Part shown: positions 50,122 through 61,165 of the stretch, in pieces
Layout: every line of letters begins with the position of its first letter
Numbering within the stretch: the stretch's first letter is position 1
Assembly: GCA_963751455.1 (NCBI GenBank)
Contig: CAVVUN010000001.1
Span: 224,001 to 288,000, forward strand
Origin: Nitrospirota bacterium
GTDB taxonomy: Bacteria; Nitrospirota; UBA9217
DNA: 64,000 nucleotides
Direction: 5' to 3'
Program-made: the position numbers and the translations under genes
The notes under the pieces: model-generated
Seen by the model: only the letters and a program-made list of their open reading frames with translations
Database searches by the model: none
What the model was told of the DNA's origin: nothing

Positions 50122-51573
50122 ATGACCTATAAACTGATTAAAATTTCCGTTCTCCTTGTGTGGCTGGTCCTGTTCGGAATTCTGATCGAGCGCACCTATC
50201 TGCGTCCTTCGTCGGTCATCGCTCTCGATGTGATAGCCGAGGAAGGGATCCGGGCATCCGACGAGTGGTCCGGCATTTACCAGCACGGCAGTAAGATAGG
50301 ATATGCGCACAGTGTTGTAAAACGCGAGGCGGATGCCTATCATCTTATCCATGAATCCGAACTCGACGTGCTGCTCCTGGGATCAATCCAGCGCGTCAGG
50401 ACAAAGATCGACAGCTACACCACACTCAATTTCCTGCTCAAGTACTTCAATTTCACGCTGGAGTCCCCAAACAGCTCGATGGAAATCAAGGGCGCAGTGC
50501 TCGGGAAGAAACTGATGCTGGACATCCTTACTGCGGGACAAACGCGAAAGGAGCAGATCATCCTGACCGAGCCGCCCTACCTTTCTCCCAACATCAAACC
50601 CGCTCTCGTGCTGATGGGGCTGGAGCCCGGAAGGAAATACCGTTTCCCGCTTTTCAATCCTGCCACATTGAACACTGAGGACGCGTCCATATCCGTCGAA
50701 GCGAAGGAAAAGATCAAGGTTGGAGACGCTGAACAAAGCGTGTATAAATTAAAGGAAACGTACCAGGGAATGGAGGCCTTTTCCTGGATCACTGAAGAAG
50801 GCGAAACAATAAAGGAAGAAAGCCCGCTCGGCTACGTGCTGTTAAAGGAAACCATGTCCGAGGCGCTGAAGCGTGACAAGCAGGGCCCGATCGTAGACAT
50901 CATATCCCTGGTAATGATCCCGTCGGACCATATAGAAGACCCGAGCAAAACAAAGTATCTCAAAGCCAGGCTGACAGGAGCGCAGCTCAACGGATTCGGT
51001 CTTGACGGCGGCAGGCAGGCGTTCAAGAATAACGCCGTTGAAGTAAGCGTCCGGGCCGCGAATACCGCGTACAGCCTGCCCTACTCCGGGAAAGATATGG
51101 GCGAAGCCCTTCGGCCTGCCCCGCTGGTCCAGAGCGATGACCGGCAAATACAGGACCAGGCGCGGAAAATCGTGGGCAAAGAACGGGACGCTGCGAAAGC
51201 CGCGCGACTGCTGAACGAATGGGTGTACTCCGCGATCCGGAAAAAGCCGGTCGTCAGCATCCCAAGCGCCGTCGAAGTCCTGAACCAGCGCATCGGGGAC
51301 TGCAACGAGCACACGACGCTCTACACAGCGCTCGCCCGCGCTTCAGGAATACCCGCGCGCATGGCTGCAGGCATCGTATACCTGCGCGACGGCTTTTACT
51401 ACCATGCCTGGCCGGAAATATGGGACGGCCAGTGGACCGCCGTGGACCCGACTTTTAACCAGTTCCCCGCTGATGCCACGCACATCCGGTTCGTCACCGG
51501 CGACCTGGCACGGCAAGCGGATATCCTGAAGCTGGTCGGGAAACTGAAGGTGGAGGTTTTGGAGTATAAATGA
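50122..51573 (+). CDS. Membrane-anchored transglutaminase-like protein
   Basis: N-terminal TM. Catalytic triad motifs GDCNEH…ARASGIPAR…YHAWPE…WTAVDPT. Confidence 0.88.
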   Translation: MTYKLIKISVLLVWLVLFGILIERTYLRPSSVIALDVIAEEGIRASDEWSGIYQHGSKIGYAHSVVKREADAYHLIHESELDVLLLGSIQRVRTKIDSYTTLNFLLKYFNFTLESPNSSMEIKGAVLGKKLMLDILTAGQTRKEQIILTEPPYLSPNIKPALVLMGLEPGRKYRFPLFNPATLNTEDASISVEAKEKIKVGDAEQSVYKLKETYQGMEAFSWITEEGETIKEESPLGYVLLKETMSEALKRDKQGPIVDIISLVMIPSDHIEDPSKTKYLKARLTGAQLNGFGLDGGRQAFKNNAVEVSVRAANTAYSLPYSGKDMGEALRPAPLVQSDDRQIQDQARKIVGKERDAAKAARLLNEWVYSAIRKKPVVSIPSAVEVLNQRIGDCNEHTTLYTALARASGIPARMAAGIVYLRDGFYYHAWPEIWDGQWTAVDPTFNQFPADATHIRFVTGDLARQADILKLVGKLKVEVLEYK

Positions 51574-51582
51574 GATGGGAAA

Positions 51583-51732
51583 TCTCAGATGTACTTTGAT
51601 CTTATCCGCAGATAAACAAATATAACGTCCGTGTAAAAGCAGTCTAGCCGCAGATTACGCAGATGGACGCAGATTTTAAACCATAAATTAACGTTCGGCT
51701 TAATCTGTGGAATCTGTGAAATCTGCGGATAA
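51583..51732. repeat. 9-bp palindromic array (CGCAGAT / ATCTGYG family)
   Basis: CCGCAGATTACGCAGATGGACGCAGATT … AATCTGTGGAATCTGTGAAATCTGCGG. Confidence 0.75.
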
Positions 51733-51767
51733 AAAATAGCTGATATAATTTATTTATATACTAAAAT

Positions 51768-52496
51768 ATGATCAAACTCATCAACCTCACCAAGCGTTAC
51801 GGCAATCTCACGGCCGTGAACAACATCAACCTCGAAATCGGGCAGGGAGAAGTGTTTGGTTTCCTCGGGCCGAACGGCGCAGGCAAGACTACCACCATAA
51901 AAATGATGGCGGGCCTGCTGCAGCCCACCTCCGGGAATGCGCTGATCGGCGGCTATGATATTCAGAAGGATCCTCTTCGAGCGAAATTCATCACCGGGTT
52001 CATACCCGACCGGCCTTTTCTGTATGAGAAGCTGACCGCAATGGAATTTATGCAGTTCGTTTCGAAGCTGTATGACATGAACAGAGCCGAGAACCGCATC
52101 GCGGAACTGCTCGAGTTGTTCAGTTTATCGGAATGGGCAGATGAGCTGGTGGAAAATTTTTCTCACGGCATGAAGCAGCGTCTCGTGATGGCCTCGGCCC
52201 TGCTGCACCGTCCCCGGGTGCTCGTGGTGGACGAGCCCATGGTCGGTCTGGACCCGCGCGGCGCCCGGCTGGTAAAGGACATCTTCAAGGAAATTTCGTC
52301 TGCGGGAGTGACTGTTTTCATGTCCACCCATACGCTCGAAATCGTGGAGCAGATGTGTACGCGGGTGGCGATCATCAACAAGGGCGAAATTATTGCGGAA
52401 GGAAGCGTCGCGGACCTCGGCCGCATGGCGCGCATGCCTGACAGCCGTCTTGAGCCAATATTCCTGAAGCTGACCGGCGGAGATGAAGGGATATGA
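51768..52496 (+). CDS. ABC transporter ATP-binding protein (ABC-2 type)
   Basis: GPNGAGKTT, FSHGMKQR, VVDEP, STH. Confidence 0.93.
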   Translation: MIKLINLTKRYGNLTAVNNINLEIGQGEVFGFLGPNGAGKTTTIKMMAGLLQPTSGNALIGGYDIQKDPLRAKFITGFIPDRPFLYEKLTAMEFMQFVSKLYDMNRAENRIAELLELFSLSEWADELVENFSHGMKQRLVMASALLHRPRVLVVDEPMVGLDPRGARLVKDIFKEISSAGVTVFMSTHTLEIVEQMCTRVAIINKGEIIAEGSVADLGRMARMPDSRLEPIFLKLTGGDEGI

Positions 52497-52554
52497 ACAG
52501 AAATCACGAATTTAAAATAACAAGTTCGGTTCCAAAGTTGATGCAGTCAAAATC

Positions 52555-52798
52555 CACCGCCGAGACACGGAGACACAGAGATAAAAACGAGTCTCTTACG
52601 GTTCTCACAAGCTTTCCCATAACCCGCTGCATCCCGTGAACAGCGTTCGCGCTTTACATGACCGGAATGCGAGCCGGTAAACCACAAATCGTGCATGCGC
52701 GTGCGTAGCGCAGCGAAGCTCAGCGCTATGGATAGCTAAGTCGATTGGAAGAACATAAGATAATCTGGCATGTTTGCGCGGCGCTGTGAACGGCGGTG
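52555..52798. repeat. Degenerate 8-bp inverted array (CACCGCCG AGACACGG AGACACAG … CTGTG AA CGGCGGTG) enclosing about 200 bp non-coding cargo
   Basis: Terminal CACCGCCG and CGGCGGTG are reverse complements. The cargo ends show weak inverted similarity. Confidence 0.45.
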
Positions 52799-52871
52799 CA
52801 GAAAAAAAACAAGGATCTTGTACTTCCCTGAAGTGTTTGTCCGTTGTTCATTGGAGATGATCAAATAAAAG

Positions 52872-54560
52872 ATGTTTTTACTTCTCACTCCCCGATATCA
52901 CGCGATAAAAAACAAACTGCTCAGGCTCGCGCCGGGCGACGGTCTCAAGACGTTCGTGCTCGCCTGCCTCGGTCTCGCCTTCTGGGCCTTCCTGTTTATC
53001 ATTTCCTATCGGGTGCTTTCCTATTTCAGGACCATCGAAGGACTGGGAGACCTGCTCGCGCTCCGTCTGCTGTCCATGGTCCTCCTCACGTTCTTCTCGA
53101 TCCTGGTGTTCAGCAATATTGTAACGTCCCTTTCAACGTTCTATCTCTCGGGGGAGCTCCAGATCCTGCTATCAGCGCCGGTAAGGACGGAGAGGCTCTT
53201 CCGCGCCAAGTTCATCGAGACAATCGCGGATTCGTCCTGGATGACACTCATCTACGGTCTGCCGGTCTTCATCGCCTACGGCGCGGTATTCAAGGCCCCG
53301 CTTGCCTATTACGGGGGGCTCATCTTTACGATCATTCCGTTCCTGGCGATTCCGGCCGGCATCGGCATCATCTTCACCATGCTGCTGGTGAACGCCTTCC
53401 CCGCGCGAAGGGCAAAGGACTTGATCGTGCTCCTCGGCCTGCTGTTCTTCGTATCCCTGTATATTTTATTCCGGATGCTCCGCCCCGAAAAGCTTGTGGA
53501 CCCGGACGCGTTTCCCACGCTCGTCCAGTACCTTACAGCAATGCGCGGACCGGTATCGCCGCTTCTTCCCAACTACTGGGCTGCGGAAACCCTCTCCCCG
53601 CTTCTTCGGAACACGCTGGGCGAAGCCCCCTTCTACCTCCTGATGCTCTGGAGCACGGCAGCCGCGCTCTTCGTTATCAGCGAATGGGTGTGCGGGAAAA
53701 TCTATTACCCGGGTTGGTCCCGCTCGCAGGAGGGGAAAAAGGCCGCCATATCGCGCTCGCGCGCGGCGGACCTGTTCTTTTCGATGGTCGCACGTCCGTT
53801 TCGCGGCAAGATGCGTGCGATCGTGACGAAAGACGTGAAGCTCTTCTTTCGCGACACCTCGCAGTGGTCGCAGCTTTTTCTTCTGTTCGCGCTCATGGTC
53901 GTTTATATTTACAGCTTCAAGCTTCTTCCCCTGGAACGGGCGGCCATGCCCAGCTTCTTTCTGCAGAACCTGATCTCCTTCCTGAATCTCGGCATGGTGG
54001 GGTTCGTGACTTCGGCCCTGGCTGTGCGCTTCGTATTCCCTGCCGTGAGCCTGGAAGGCTCCTCCTTCTGGATTGTCCGTTCAGCACCCCTGACGATCAG
54101 GGATTTTCTATGGTCCAAGTTCTGGAGCAGCCTGCTGCCGCTCGTTATTCTTTCAGAAATCCTGCTGGTGCTTTCGAATACCCTGCTCAAAGTTACTCCC
54201 TTCATGATGGGAATCGGCATTGTTACCGTATTTCTCATGACTTTCGGCATAACGGCCCTCGGCATCGGACTGGGCGCAGCGTTTCCTAAGTTCAAGCATG
54301 AAAACGTCGCGCAGATTCCGTCCGGCTTCGGCGGAATAGTGTATATGCTGATGACAATGCTGTATATCGGCCTCGTGGTCTTGCTCGAAGCCTGGCCCGT
54401 GTACCGCATTTTTTCGGCCCAGACCTTCTCGGCACAGATATCAATCGCCGGGTGGATAATGATAACTTTTTCGTTTATTCTGGTTCTGATAATCAACATC
54501 CTCGCCGTGTTTTTACCGATGAAAATCGGCCTGAAACGGCTTATTCAGAGGGAAATTTAA
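52872..54560 (+). CDS. Putative ABC-2 exporter permease (multi-TM)
   Basis: Many TM helices, LLSAPV…LFRAKF, KDVKLFFRD, SLEGSSFWIVRSAP. Follows the ABC ATPase. Confidence 0.85.
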   Translation: MFLLLTPRYHAIKNKLLRLAPGDGLKTFVLACLGLAFWAFLFIISYRVLSYFRTIEGLGDLLALRLLSMVLLTFFSILVFSNIVTSLSTFYLSGELQILLSAPVRTERLFRAKFIETIADSSWMTLIYGLPVFIAYGAVFKAPLAYYGGLIFTIIPFLAIPAGIGIIFTMLLVNAFPARRAKDLIVLLGLLFFVSLYILFRMLRPEKLVDPDAFPTLVQYLTAMRGPVSPLLPNYWAAETLSPLLRNTLGEAPFYLLMLWSTAAALFVISEWVCGKIYYPGWSRSQEGKKAAISRSRAADLFFSMVARPFRGKMRAIVTKDVKLFFRDTSQWSQLFLLFALMVVYIYSFKLLPLERAAMPSFFLQNLISFLNLGMVGFVTSALAVRFVFPAVSLEGSSFWIVRSAPLTIRDFLWSKFWSSLLPLVILSEILLVLSNTLLKVTPFMMGIGIVTVFLMTFGITALGIGLGAAFPKFKHENVAQIPSGFGGIVYMLMTMLYIGLVVLLEAWPVYRIFSAQTFSAQISIAGWIMITFSFILVLIINILAVFLPMKIGLKRLIQREI

Positions 54561-54711
54561 GAAATGTTTAAACCACTATATATTGTATGTGTGGATAAAA
54601 ATAATACCTTACCTTGTAATTTTTGCCTTTACAATACCCCCTTCTTATGATATAAACGATCCCAGAATTCCGGGGATAACAAGACGGAAAATCGGCCCCA
54701 ATTAACTGTAC

Positions 54712-54795
54712 GGGACGACGGACGTCCGCTCACCTCGGTTCGCTAGGACGTTGGACGCTAAAGACTTTTCATCCTTCGTCCTTCGTCCCTCATCT
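54712..54795. repeat. 7-bp palindromic array (GGACGAT / CGTCCYT family) upstream of smc
   Basis: GGGACGACGGACG…GGACGTTGGACG … CATCCTTCGTCCTTCGTCCCTCATC. Same family at 59846-59930 and 61166-61250. Confidence 0.7.
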
Positions 54796-54861
54796 CCGGC
54801 TTTTTACGCGCCTTCTCACGCCCATCGCTTCATACGCGATCCGCATATTATAAGGAGACCT

Positions 54862-57800
54862 ATGCAGCTCAAAACCCTCGAAATGACCGGCTTCAAGTCC
54901 TTCTCTGACAAGACGATCGTCGCATTTCAACCCGGGATAACCGCAGTGGTAGGACCGAACGGATGCGGCAAGAGCAATATCTCGGACGCCATCCGCTGGG
55001 TGTTGGGCGAGCAGAGCGCAAAGCATCTGCGCGGCGAGAAGATGGAAGACGTGATTTTCAACGGGAGTGAAAACCGCAAGCCGCTCGGTCTGGCCGAGGT
55101 GGTTCTGAAGCTCTCGAACGCGGCCGGCGGCCTGCCGTCCGATTTCGGTCAATACAGCGAGATCGAAATCACCCGCCGCCTGTATCGCTCGGGCGAAAGC
55201 GAATATTTCATCAACAAGATCCCCTGCCGTCTGAAGGATATCCGCGACCTCATGATGGACGCGGGCGTAGGCGGCAAACTGCACGCGATCATCGAGCAGT
55301 CCAGGGTCGACCAGATTCTTTCTTCAAAGCCGCAGGACCGCCGTTTTCTCTTCGAGGAAGTTGCGGGCGTCATGAAATACAAGGCGCGCCGCCAGGAAGC
55401 GCTTTCCAAACTCGAGGCGACCCAGCAGAACCAGCTGCGGATAAACGACATCATCATCGAGGTAAAACGGCAGGTCAACTCCCTGGACCGGCAGGCAAAA
55501 AAAGCGGAGCGCTATCAGAAGCTGCGGGCCGAAATGAAGGATTCGGAGTTCCGGCTGGCCTCGGTTGAATATTCCAACCTGGGCATCGAATGGACCTCTT
55601 CGTCCGAAGAGTTCAGGAAGCTCGAAGACGAAGTTACCGGGCTCCACGCGGCGCTTGGCAGGATCGAGTCGGGGATCGAGGAAACCAGGGCGGCGGCCTT
55701 GTCTTCGGAGCGCGAGCTCGCGACGCTCCAGAACAAAATCCACGAAACCGAATCAGCGCTCAGCCGGGCCGAACACCGGGTGGAGATGTCCAAAAGCCAG
55801 ATCACATCCCTGACCGAACAGAGCGGCCGCGACAGCGCCGACATAGAATATCTCAAACAGGAAATGGTCCGAACGACGGATCAGAAAAAGCAGCACGAGG
55901 AGGAAGCGCGGTCTCTCGGCGAATCGATCGAGGAGAGAAACAGGGTACTCGTTCAAAAGGTGGAGGATATCGAGTCCGTTGCCCGTGCGCTCCAGGAAAA
56001 GGAACTGTCTCTTGAAGAGACCAGGAACGGGATCCTGAGCGCCATGAATCAATCGGCTGCTGAAAAGACCAGGGTATCGAACCTCAGGGCCAGGGTCTCT
56101 CAGATCGATGAGCAGGATGAGCGCGCATTGAAGGAAAAACTGGAACTGGAGCGGAAACTCGGGGAGCTTAAGGTCCTGCTCGCCGATAAAGAGCGCGAGC
56201 TTGAAGACATCGCGCGCCGCCGCGTCTCTGCCGAGGATGAACGGACACAGGTCTCGGCCAGGCTGGAACAGGCGACAGCAAACAGAAAAGGGCTCGAAAC
56301 AGGGCTCAATGAAAGCAGGAACAGACTTGCGGCACAGAGTTCGCGGCTCCGCTCCCTTCTCGAACTGGAACAGAGCCTCGAAGGTTATCAGAAAGGCGTG
56401 CGTACCGTGATGTCGGCCCGCAAGGAAGGCGCAGCCGAACAAAACCTCGGCACGATTCACGGAATCGTTGCCGATATGATCGAGACCGAACCCAGATACG
56501 AGGTGGCGATAGAGGCAGTGCTCGGAGACCGGCTCCAGTACGTTGTGGTCGATTCGCAGCACGATTCTCTCAAGGCCATCGATTATTTGAAGACTAGGAG
56601 CGGCGGTCGGAGCACCTTTGTTCCGAAAACGCCGCGGGAGGTCCGGTCAGAGCCGTTCATAAAGAACGGCCATGCAGGCGTGATCGGTCCGGCGCTCGGC
56701 GTTGTCAGATGCAAGGAGAACTACAGCACCGTCGCCCAATACCTGCTCGGCGACGTGGTGGTTGTCGATACCATGGACACCGCCCTTTATTTATGGAACA
56801 AGAACGGTTTTAACAAAACGGTTGTAACTCTTTCCGGCGAAATCGTGGATCCGTGGGGTGCGGTCACAGGGCGGAGCCGCAGACGCGGGCGGAGCCGGCA
56901 TGCTGACGAAACGCCGGGAGATCAAGGACCTTGAGCATGAAGTGTCCGTGATCACCGCTCAGGCGGCGAAGCTCGAAAGCGAACTTCGGACGGTCGAAAC
57001 GGCGATTGCTTCGGACACCAAAACCGAGGCGGAGCTGTCGCAGATAGTGCACCGCCTGGAGATCGAACACGTCAACGGGGAAAAAGATTGCACCGCGGTC
57101 AGCGAGGAGATCGGCCGCTCGACAGAGCGTTGCACCGTGTTGGAAGCCGAAGCCCGGGAACGGGAAACCATGCGGCATGCGCTGAACGCCGATATCCAAA
57201 AATCGGAGGTGGTTTTGAGGGACCTGGAGACGGGCCATTCGAATGCGCAGGCAAGCGCGGAAGCCCTTCAGGCTGAGCTTTCCCGTACGAAACAAACGCT
57301 TGAATCAGCGCGCGCCGAGATCATGGAACTCCGCATGCAGCTCGCAGGCCTGCAGGAAAAACAGGCCGCGTCAGCCAGGAGCATCGACGCTTTACTCAGG
57401 ACAGAGGCGGACCTCATGGACCGTATCGGGAAGCGCGAGGCGGGAATCGCCGGCGTTGCCTCGCGCCTCGCGGAGCTGCATGCGTCCATACAGGAAGCTG
57501 AAACCGAGATCAAAGGCCACATCACGACGCTTGAAGCAGACCGCACGGTCCTTGTTGCGCTGCAGGAAGCCCATTCCGTAAAAGCAGCTTCGCTCCAGGC
57601 GGCCGACGAACAGGCACGGCAGACGCGGCACGATATCGATGCCGGCCAGAAGCAGCTCTCCGCAAACGAAGTGAAGCGCACCGAGCTCAGGATGAAGATC
57701 GAGCATTTGAAGGACCGGATCTGGAGCGCATATCACAGCGACCTGGAAACCGTTGTTCAGGAGCTGGGAGTATTCGAGCTCAACCTCGAGGAATCGCGCC

Positions 57801-58444
57801 TCCGGCTGGACGAACTGCGCCAGAAGATCGACCAGCTCGGCCCGATCAACGTCGATGCGCTCCAGGAATACAACGAGCTGAGAGAGCGGTACGACCTGTT
57901 GAGCGCCCAGCAGAACGACATCAACGAATCCATCAACAACCTTAAAGCCACGATCGCAAAGCTTGACGGTGAAACCAAAGAGCTTTTCAGCGACGCCTTC
58001 AAGGCGATACAGGAAAAGTTCACCGAGGTCTTCTCTCTCCTGTTCGAGGGCGGCAGAGCCGAGCTTGTTCTGCTGGACGAGTCGAATATGCTGGAATCGG
58101 GGATCGAGATCATCGCGCAGCCGCGCGGCAAGAAGTTTCAGGCAATCTCGCTCCTGTCCGGCGGCGAAAGGGCGCTCACTGCCATCGCCCTGCTCTTCGC
58201 GGCATTCCTGGTCAAGCCGAGTCCGTTCTGCATGCTCGACGAGGTCGATGCGCCCCTCGATGAAGCCAATGTGACCCGCTTTACACGTCTTCTCCGGGAG
58301 ATGAGCAGCCGGTCGCAATTCATTACGATTACCCATAATAAACGGACAATGGAGATGGCCGACGCGCTCTATGGCATCACCATGGAAGAGCCCGGATGCT
58401 CCCGTGTGGTATCCGTCCAGCTGCGCGAAGCGGCCCTGGTATAA
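54862..58444 (+). CDS. smc: Chromosome segregation protein SMC (apparent +1 frameshift at GGG 56869-56871)
   Basis: GFKSF, GPNGCGKSN, hinge, LLSGGE signature, LDEVDAPLD. Deleting one G restores VTGGAADAGG and joins the two ORFs. Confidence 0.93.
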
Positions 58445-58460
58445 GCCGGAAAACAATTTC

Positions 58461-58736
58461 GTTTTAACCACGGATTAACACGGGTTCGGCTTCGCCGAAC
58501 AACACGGATAAAGCAGGAAGCTTTTCCGTTTTAAAACCGAGAAAAAAGATTTTAACCTGTGTTTATCTGTGCCTTGCCCGAGGGACAACGCGTGGTCATA
58601 GCATATTTTGTAATGTAACTACAGATGAATACTGATAAATTCTAGTCTCTAATTATCGATTTTTATTAAAACCGTGTCTATCCGCCTGCGGCCAGCGCTT
58701 ATCGTGCGAAGCGCGAATGCAGGCTGTGGTTAAAAT
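58461..58736. repeat. Composite 9-bp palindromic arrays (AACACGGAT family) with small palindromic insertions
   Basis: TTTTAACCACGGATTAACACGG … CCGTGTCTATCC[GCCTGC…GCAGGC]TGTGGTTAAAA. Insert GTTCGGCTTCGCCGAAC in the left arm. Confidence 0.6.
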
Positions 58737-58774
58737 AGTTTCTCGCTTTTTGCCACCCCTGCTTTTCTCTTTTC

Positions 58775-59800
58775 ATGGCGATTCCTGTGTGGTATTCTGT
58801 CCGCATGCTCACCGCTGTTAGAAGTACTCATTCATACAGGATTCTTCTCGCAGCCGTAATCGTTTTTGTTTTCCTTTATCTGTCCCCGTTCCCGGTCTCT
58901 GCCGCAGAAGCAGGAGATGACGCACAAGCAGGTAATCCAGCGCCCGCCGCAAGCGAACCCTTCAAAAGGTTCGAAGTGGAGTTCGAACCGGACGCTTACT
59001 ACACCTATATAGAATTCATCGTTTCCCTCACCAAAGATCCGATCCCCCACGTCGGCGAAAAAACAGAATCAGGAATATACCGGACGTTACTGTCGCGGGC
59101 GGCTCTTCTTCCGCGGTATGTGTTGTTCGAGGCGAGCATAAACCCTCTGCCCTACCTCGGCGCATACATCAAAAGAAACGAGCGCGGTTTTTACGATGAT
59201 GCCCAGATATCGGGAAGCTTCAACTGGGTGAAGGCCGTTACAGCGGGATTCGAGGAGCCCTATGCCGTTTCCCTCTTCGCCGGGAACGTTGTGGGCTTCG
59301 ATGTCCCGGGAAGCAAGGAGATAACCGGGAACGGCTACAGCGGATACCTCTACAGCGTGGGCAATTACCACATCAAGGACAACGTGCTGATTCATGACCG
59401 GTGGCAGGAAGTGGAATGGAAAATCAAGGGGGACCGGAAGTCCCCGGTGAAAAAGCTGAGCTGGAGTTTCCGGATCGGAGGCAAATTTCACGGGAATGTC
59501 GACATCACCGATATCTTTTACCTGTCCTTCAGGAGAAGCAGGCTCGATTACAAATCAGAGGGCTCTTCTCTCCTGAATAACAGCGGCTTTGAATACACCT
59601 ATGACATGGACAGGAAGGACCTGAGAGGAATGAGGCACTATTTCACGGTGGATAAAAAATGGCCTCTCGAGCAAAGGCGGATGGCACTCACCGTAGCGCT
59701 CGGTTTTGTGTGGGAATCGGCCAGGAAGTATACCGGGGAACTGGCAACCGCGACGGGCAGCAATTTTGAGTTCATCCTCCGGCCGAACATAGAGTTTTGA
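58775..59800 (+). CDS. Exported hypothetical protein, probable outer-membrane beta-barrel
   Basis: Signal peptide ending VSA-AE, aromatic amphipathic strands, C-terminal Phe (LRPNIEF). Start may be 58805. Confidence 0.65.
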   Translation: MAIPVWYSVRMLTAVRSTHSYRILLAAVIVFVFLYLSPFPVSAAEAGDDAQAGNPAPAASEPFKRFEVEFEPDAYYTYIEFIVSLTKDPIPHVGEKTESGIYRTLLSRAALLPRYVLFEASINPLPYLGAYIKRNERGFYDDAQISGSFNWVKAVTAGFEEPYAVSLFAGNVVGFDVPGSKEITGNGYSGYLYSVGNYHIKDNVLIHDRWQEVEWKIKGDRKSPVKKLSWSFRIGGKFHGNVDITDIFYLSFRRSRLDYKSEGSSLLNNSGFEYTYDMDRKDLRGMRHYFTVDKKWPLEQRRMALTVALGFVWESARKYTGELATATGSNFEFILRPNIEF

Positions 59801-59845
59801 AATTGTTGTATGCGGGGGAATTTATACAACCGCTTTAAACTACTT

Positions 59846-59930
59846 GATGGATGATGGACGATCGCTTACAGGGTCGCTAGGATGATGGACGATTTTGCGT
59901 CCCTCGTCCCTGGTCTTTTCGTCCCTCACC
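59846..59930. repeat. 7-bp palindromic array (GGACGAT family) between convergent genes
   Basis: GATGGATGATGGACGA…GGATGATGGACGA … CGTCCCTCGTCCCT…CGTCCCTC. Confidence 0.7.
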
Positions 59931-59942
59931 TCTCTTGCCGGT

Positions 59943-61100
59943 TCAATGTTTTTCCCCATCAACAGCAAGGATGATCTGCTCCGGAGCGACCTCCTCCGGT
60001 GAAATTGTTTCCAGAAATAGGCCGGCCGCGTTAAAACCCGCAGATTCGACCTTGTCCAGAATTGCCGCTTCCTTCCCGGGAGTACAGACGAGGGCCATTA
60101 TCTGATTTCCCTGCTTCAGCACGGATATCCTGCCCGGAGGAAAATGCTGATTGTTGTCAGTAACGGCATCTTCCAGGCCGTTCAACTCATCCTGAATTTT
60201 TTTATCGATGCTGGTCCGTATGGTCAGCCCCCCGCGATAGAGCGCCTGGTCTCCGAGCGCCCCGAGCAGCATCCCCTCAAGCGCCTGCTGGCAGCAAGGC
60301 CTTCCTCCGGCGGATTTCAGCGCTGAGAAATCGAACTTGCCGGAATTCTGCTGCCTGAGATTGAAGGGTGAATTTATCGATGCACCGAATGTTTCCTCGT
60401 CAATCAATTTTCCCTGGAGCATGTTCTTCAGCACCCGTTCCTGGCGGCTCCTGGCCTTCTCGGGTCTTTTGTAAGGGTTATAATAACGCGGGTTGGGCAG
60501 CATGCCGGCAAGCAGTGCAGCCTCCGCGGCGTTCAATTCGAAGACATGTTTATCGAGATAAAAGCGGCTTGCCGCTTCTATTCCGTAGATATTGTCCCCC
60601 CACTCCACTTCATTCAAGTAGAGCTCCAGAATTTTGCGTTTGGAAATCACCTGCTCGGCCTTGCGGGCGAGGACGTATTCCCGAAGCTTGCGGCTGATCG
60701 TTTTTTCACGGGACAGCAGCACGTTCTTGATCATCTGCTGCGTGATCGTGCTCCCACCGCGCGCAAAACGACCTTTTTGAACATCGTGCATGAGCGCTTC
60801 CCAGGCAGCCTTGTAGTTGACGCCCTCGTGCTGAAAAAAAGTGTCATCCTCTGCGGTCAATACCGCCCTTACTATGATCTCGGGAATAGTGGACATGGGG
60901 ACCCATATCCTGAATTTTCGATCGTAATACTGTGTCAAAACACTGCCGTTGCGGTCGAGAACGTCCGAAGCGGATGCCGGGCGGTAGTGTTTCAGTCTTG
61001 TCACGTCGGGGAGATCTGAAAGAACACGAAGAGCCCAAGCAACTACAAGAAGCGCACTGAGGGCAAACACGGCTATCGCCGCTAATATGATCTTTTTCAT
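59943..61100 (-). CDS. Peptidoglycan transglycosylase (GT51) lacking a transpeptidase domain
   Basis: AEDDTFFQHEG, GGSTITQQMIKN, RKLRE, LELYLN, LLAGML. No SxxK domain follows. Confidence 0.85.
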   Translation of the reverse strand: MKKIILAAIAVFALSALLVVAWALRVLSDLPDVTRLKHYRPASASDVLDRNGSVLTQYYDRKFRIWVPMSTIPEIIVRAVLTAEDDTFFQHEGVNYKAAWEALMHDVQKGRFARGGSTITQQMIKNVLLSREKTISRKLREYVLARKAEQVISKRKILELYLNEVEWGDNIYGIEAASRFYLDKHVFELNAAEAALLAGMLPNPRYYNPYKRPEKARSRQERVLKNMLQGKLIDEETFGASINSPFNLRQQNSGKFDFSALKSAGGRPCCQQALEGMLLGALGDQALYRGGLTIRTSIDKKIQDELNGLEDAVTDNNQHFPPGRISVLKQGNQIMALVCTPGKEAAILDKVESAGFNAAGLFLETISPEEVAPEQIILAVDGEKH

Positions 61101-61165
61101 AACAAAGGGTGCTTCTCTCCAGAGTAACGACAAGGGGAAAAGGCGGATGGTCTGGTTGAACTGCT

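Noticed and set aside
52844-54289. 481-aa alternative-frame ORF
   Set aside because: Overlaps the ABC permease on the same strand with Arg/Pro/Ser-rich composition typical of off-frame GC-rich sequence.
56858-56934. Programmed frameshift or split SMC
   Set aside because: No slippery heptamer. One extra G in a GG run, matching the pattern of four other +1 indels, so an error is more likely.
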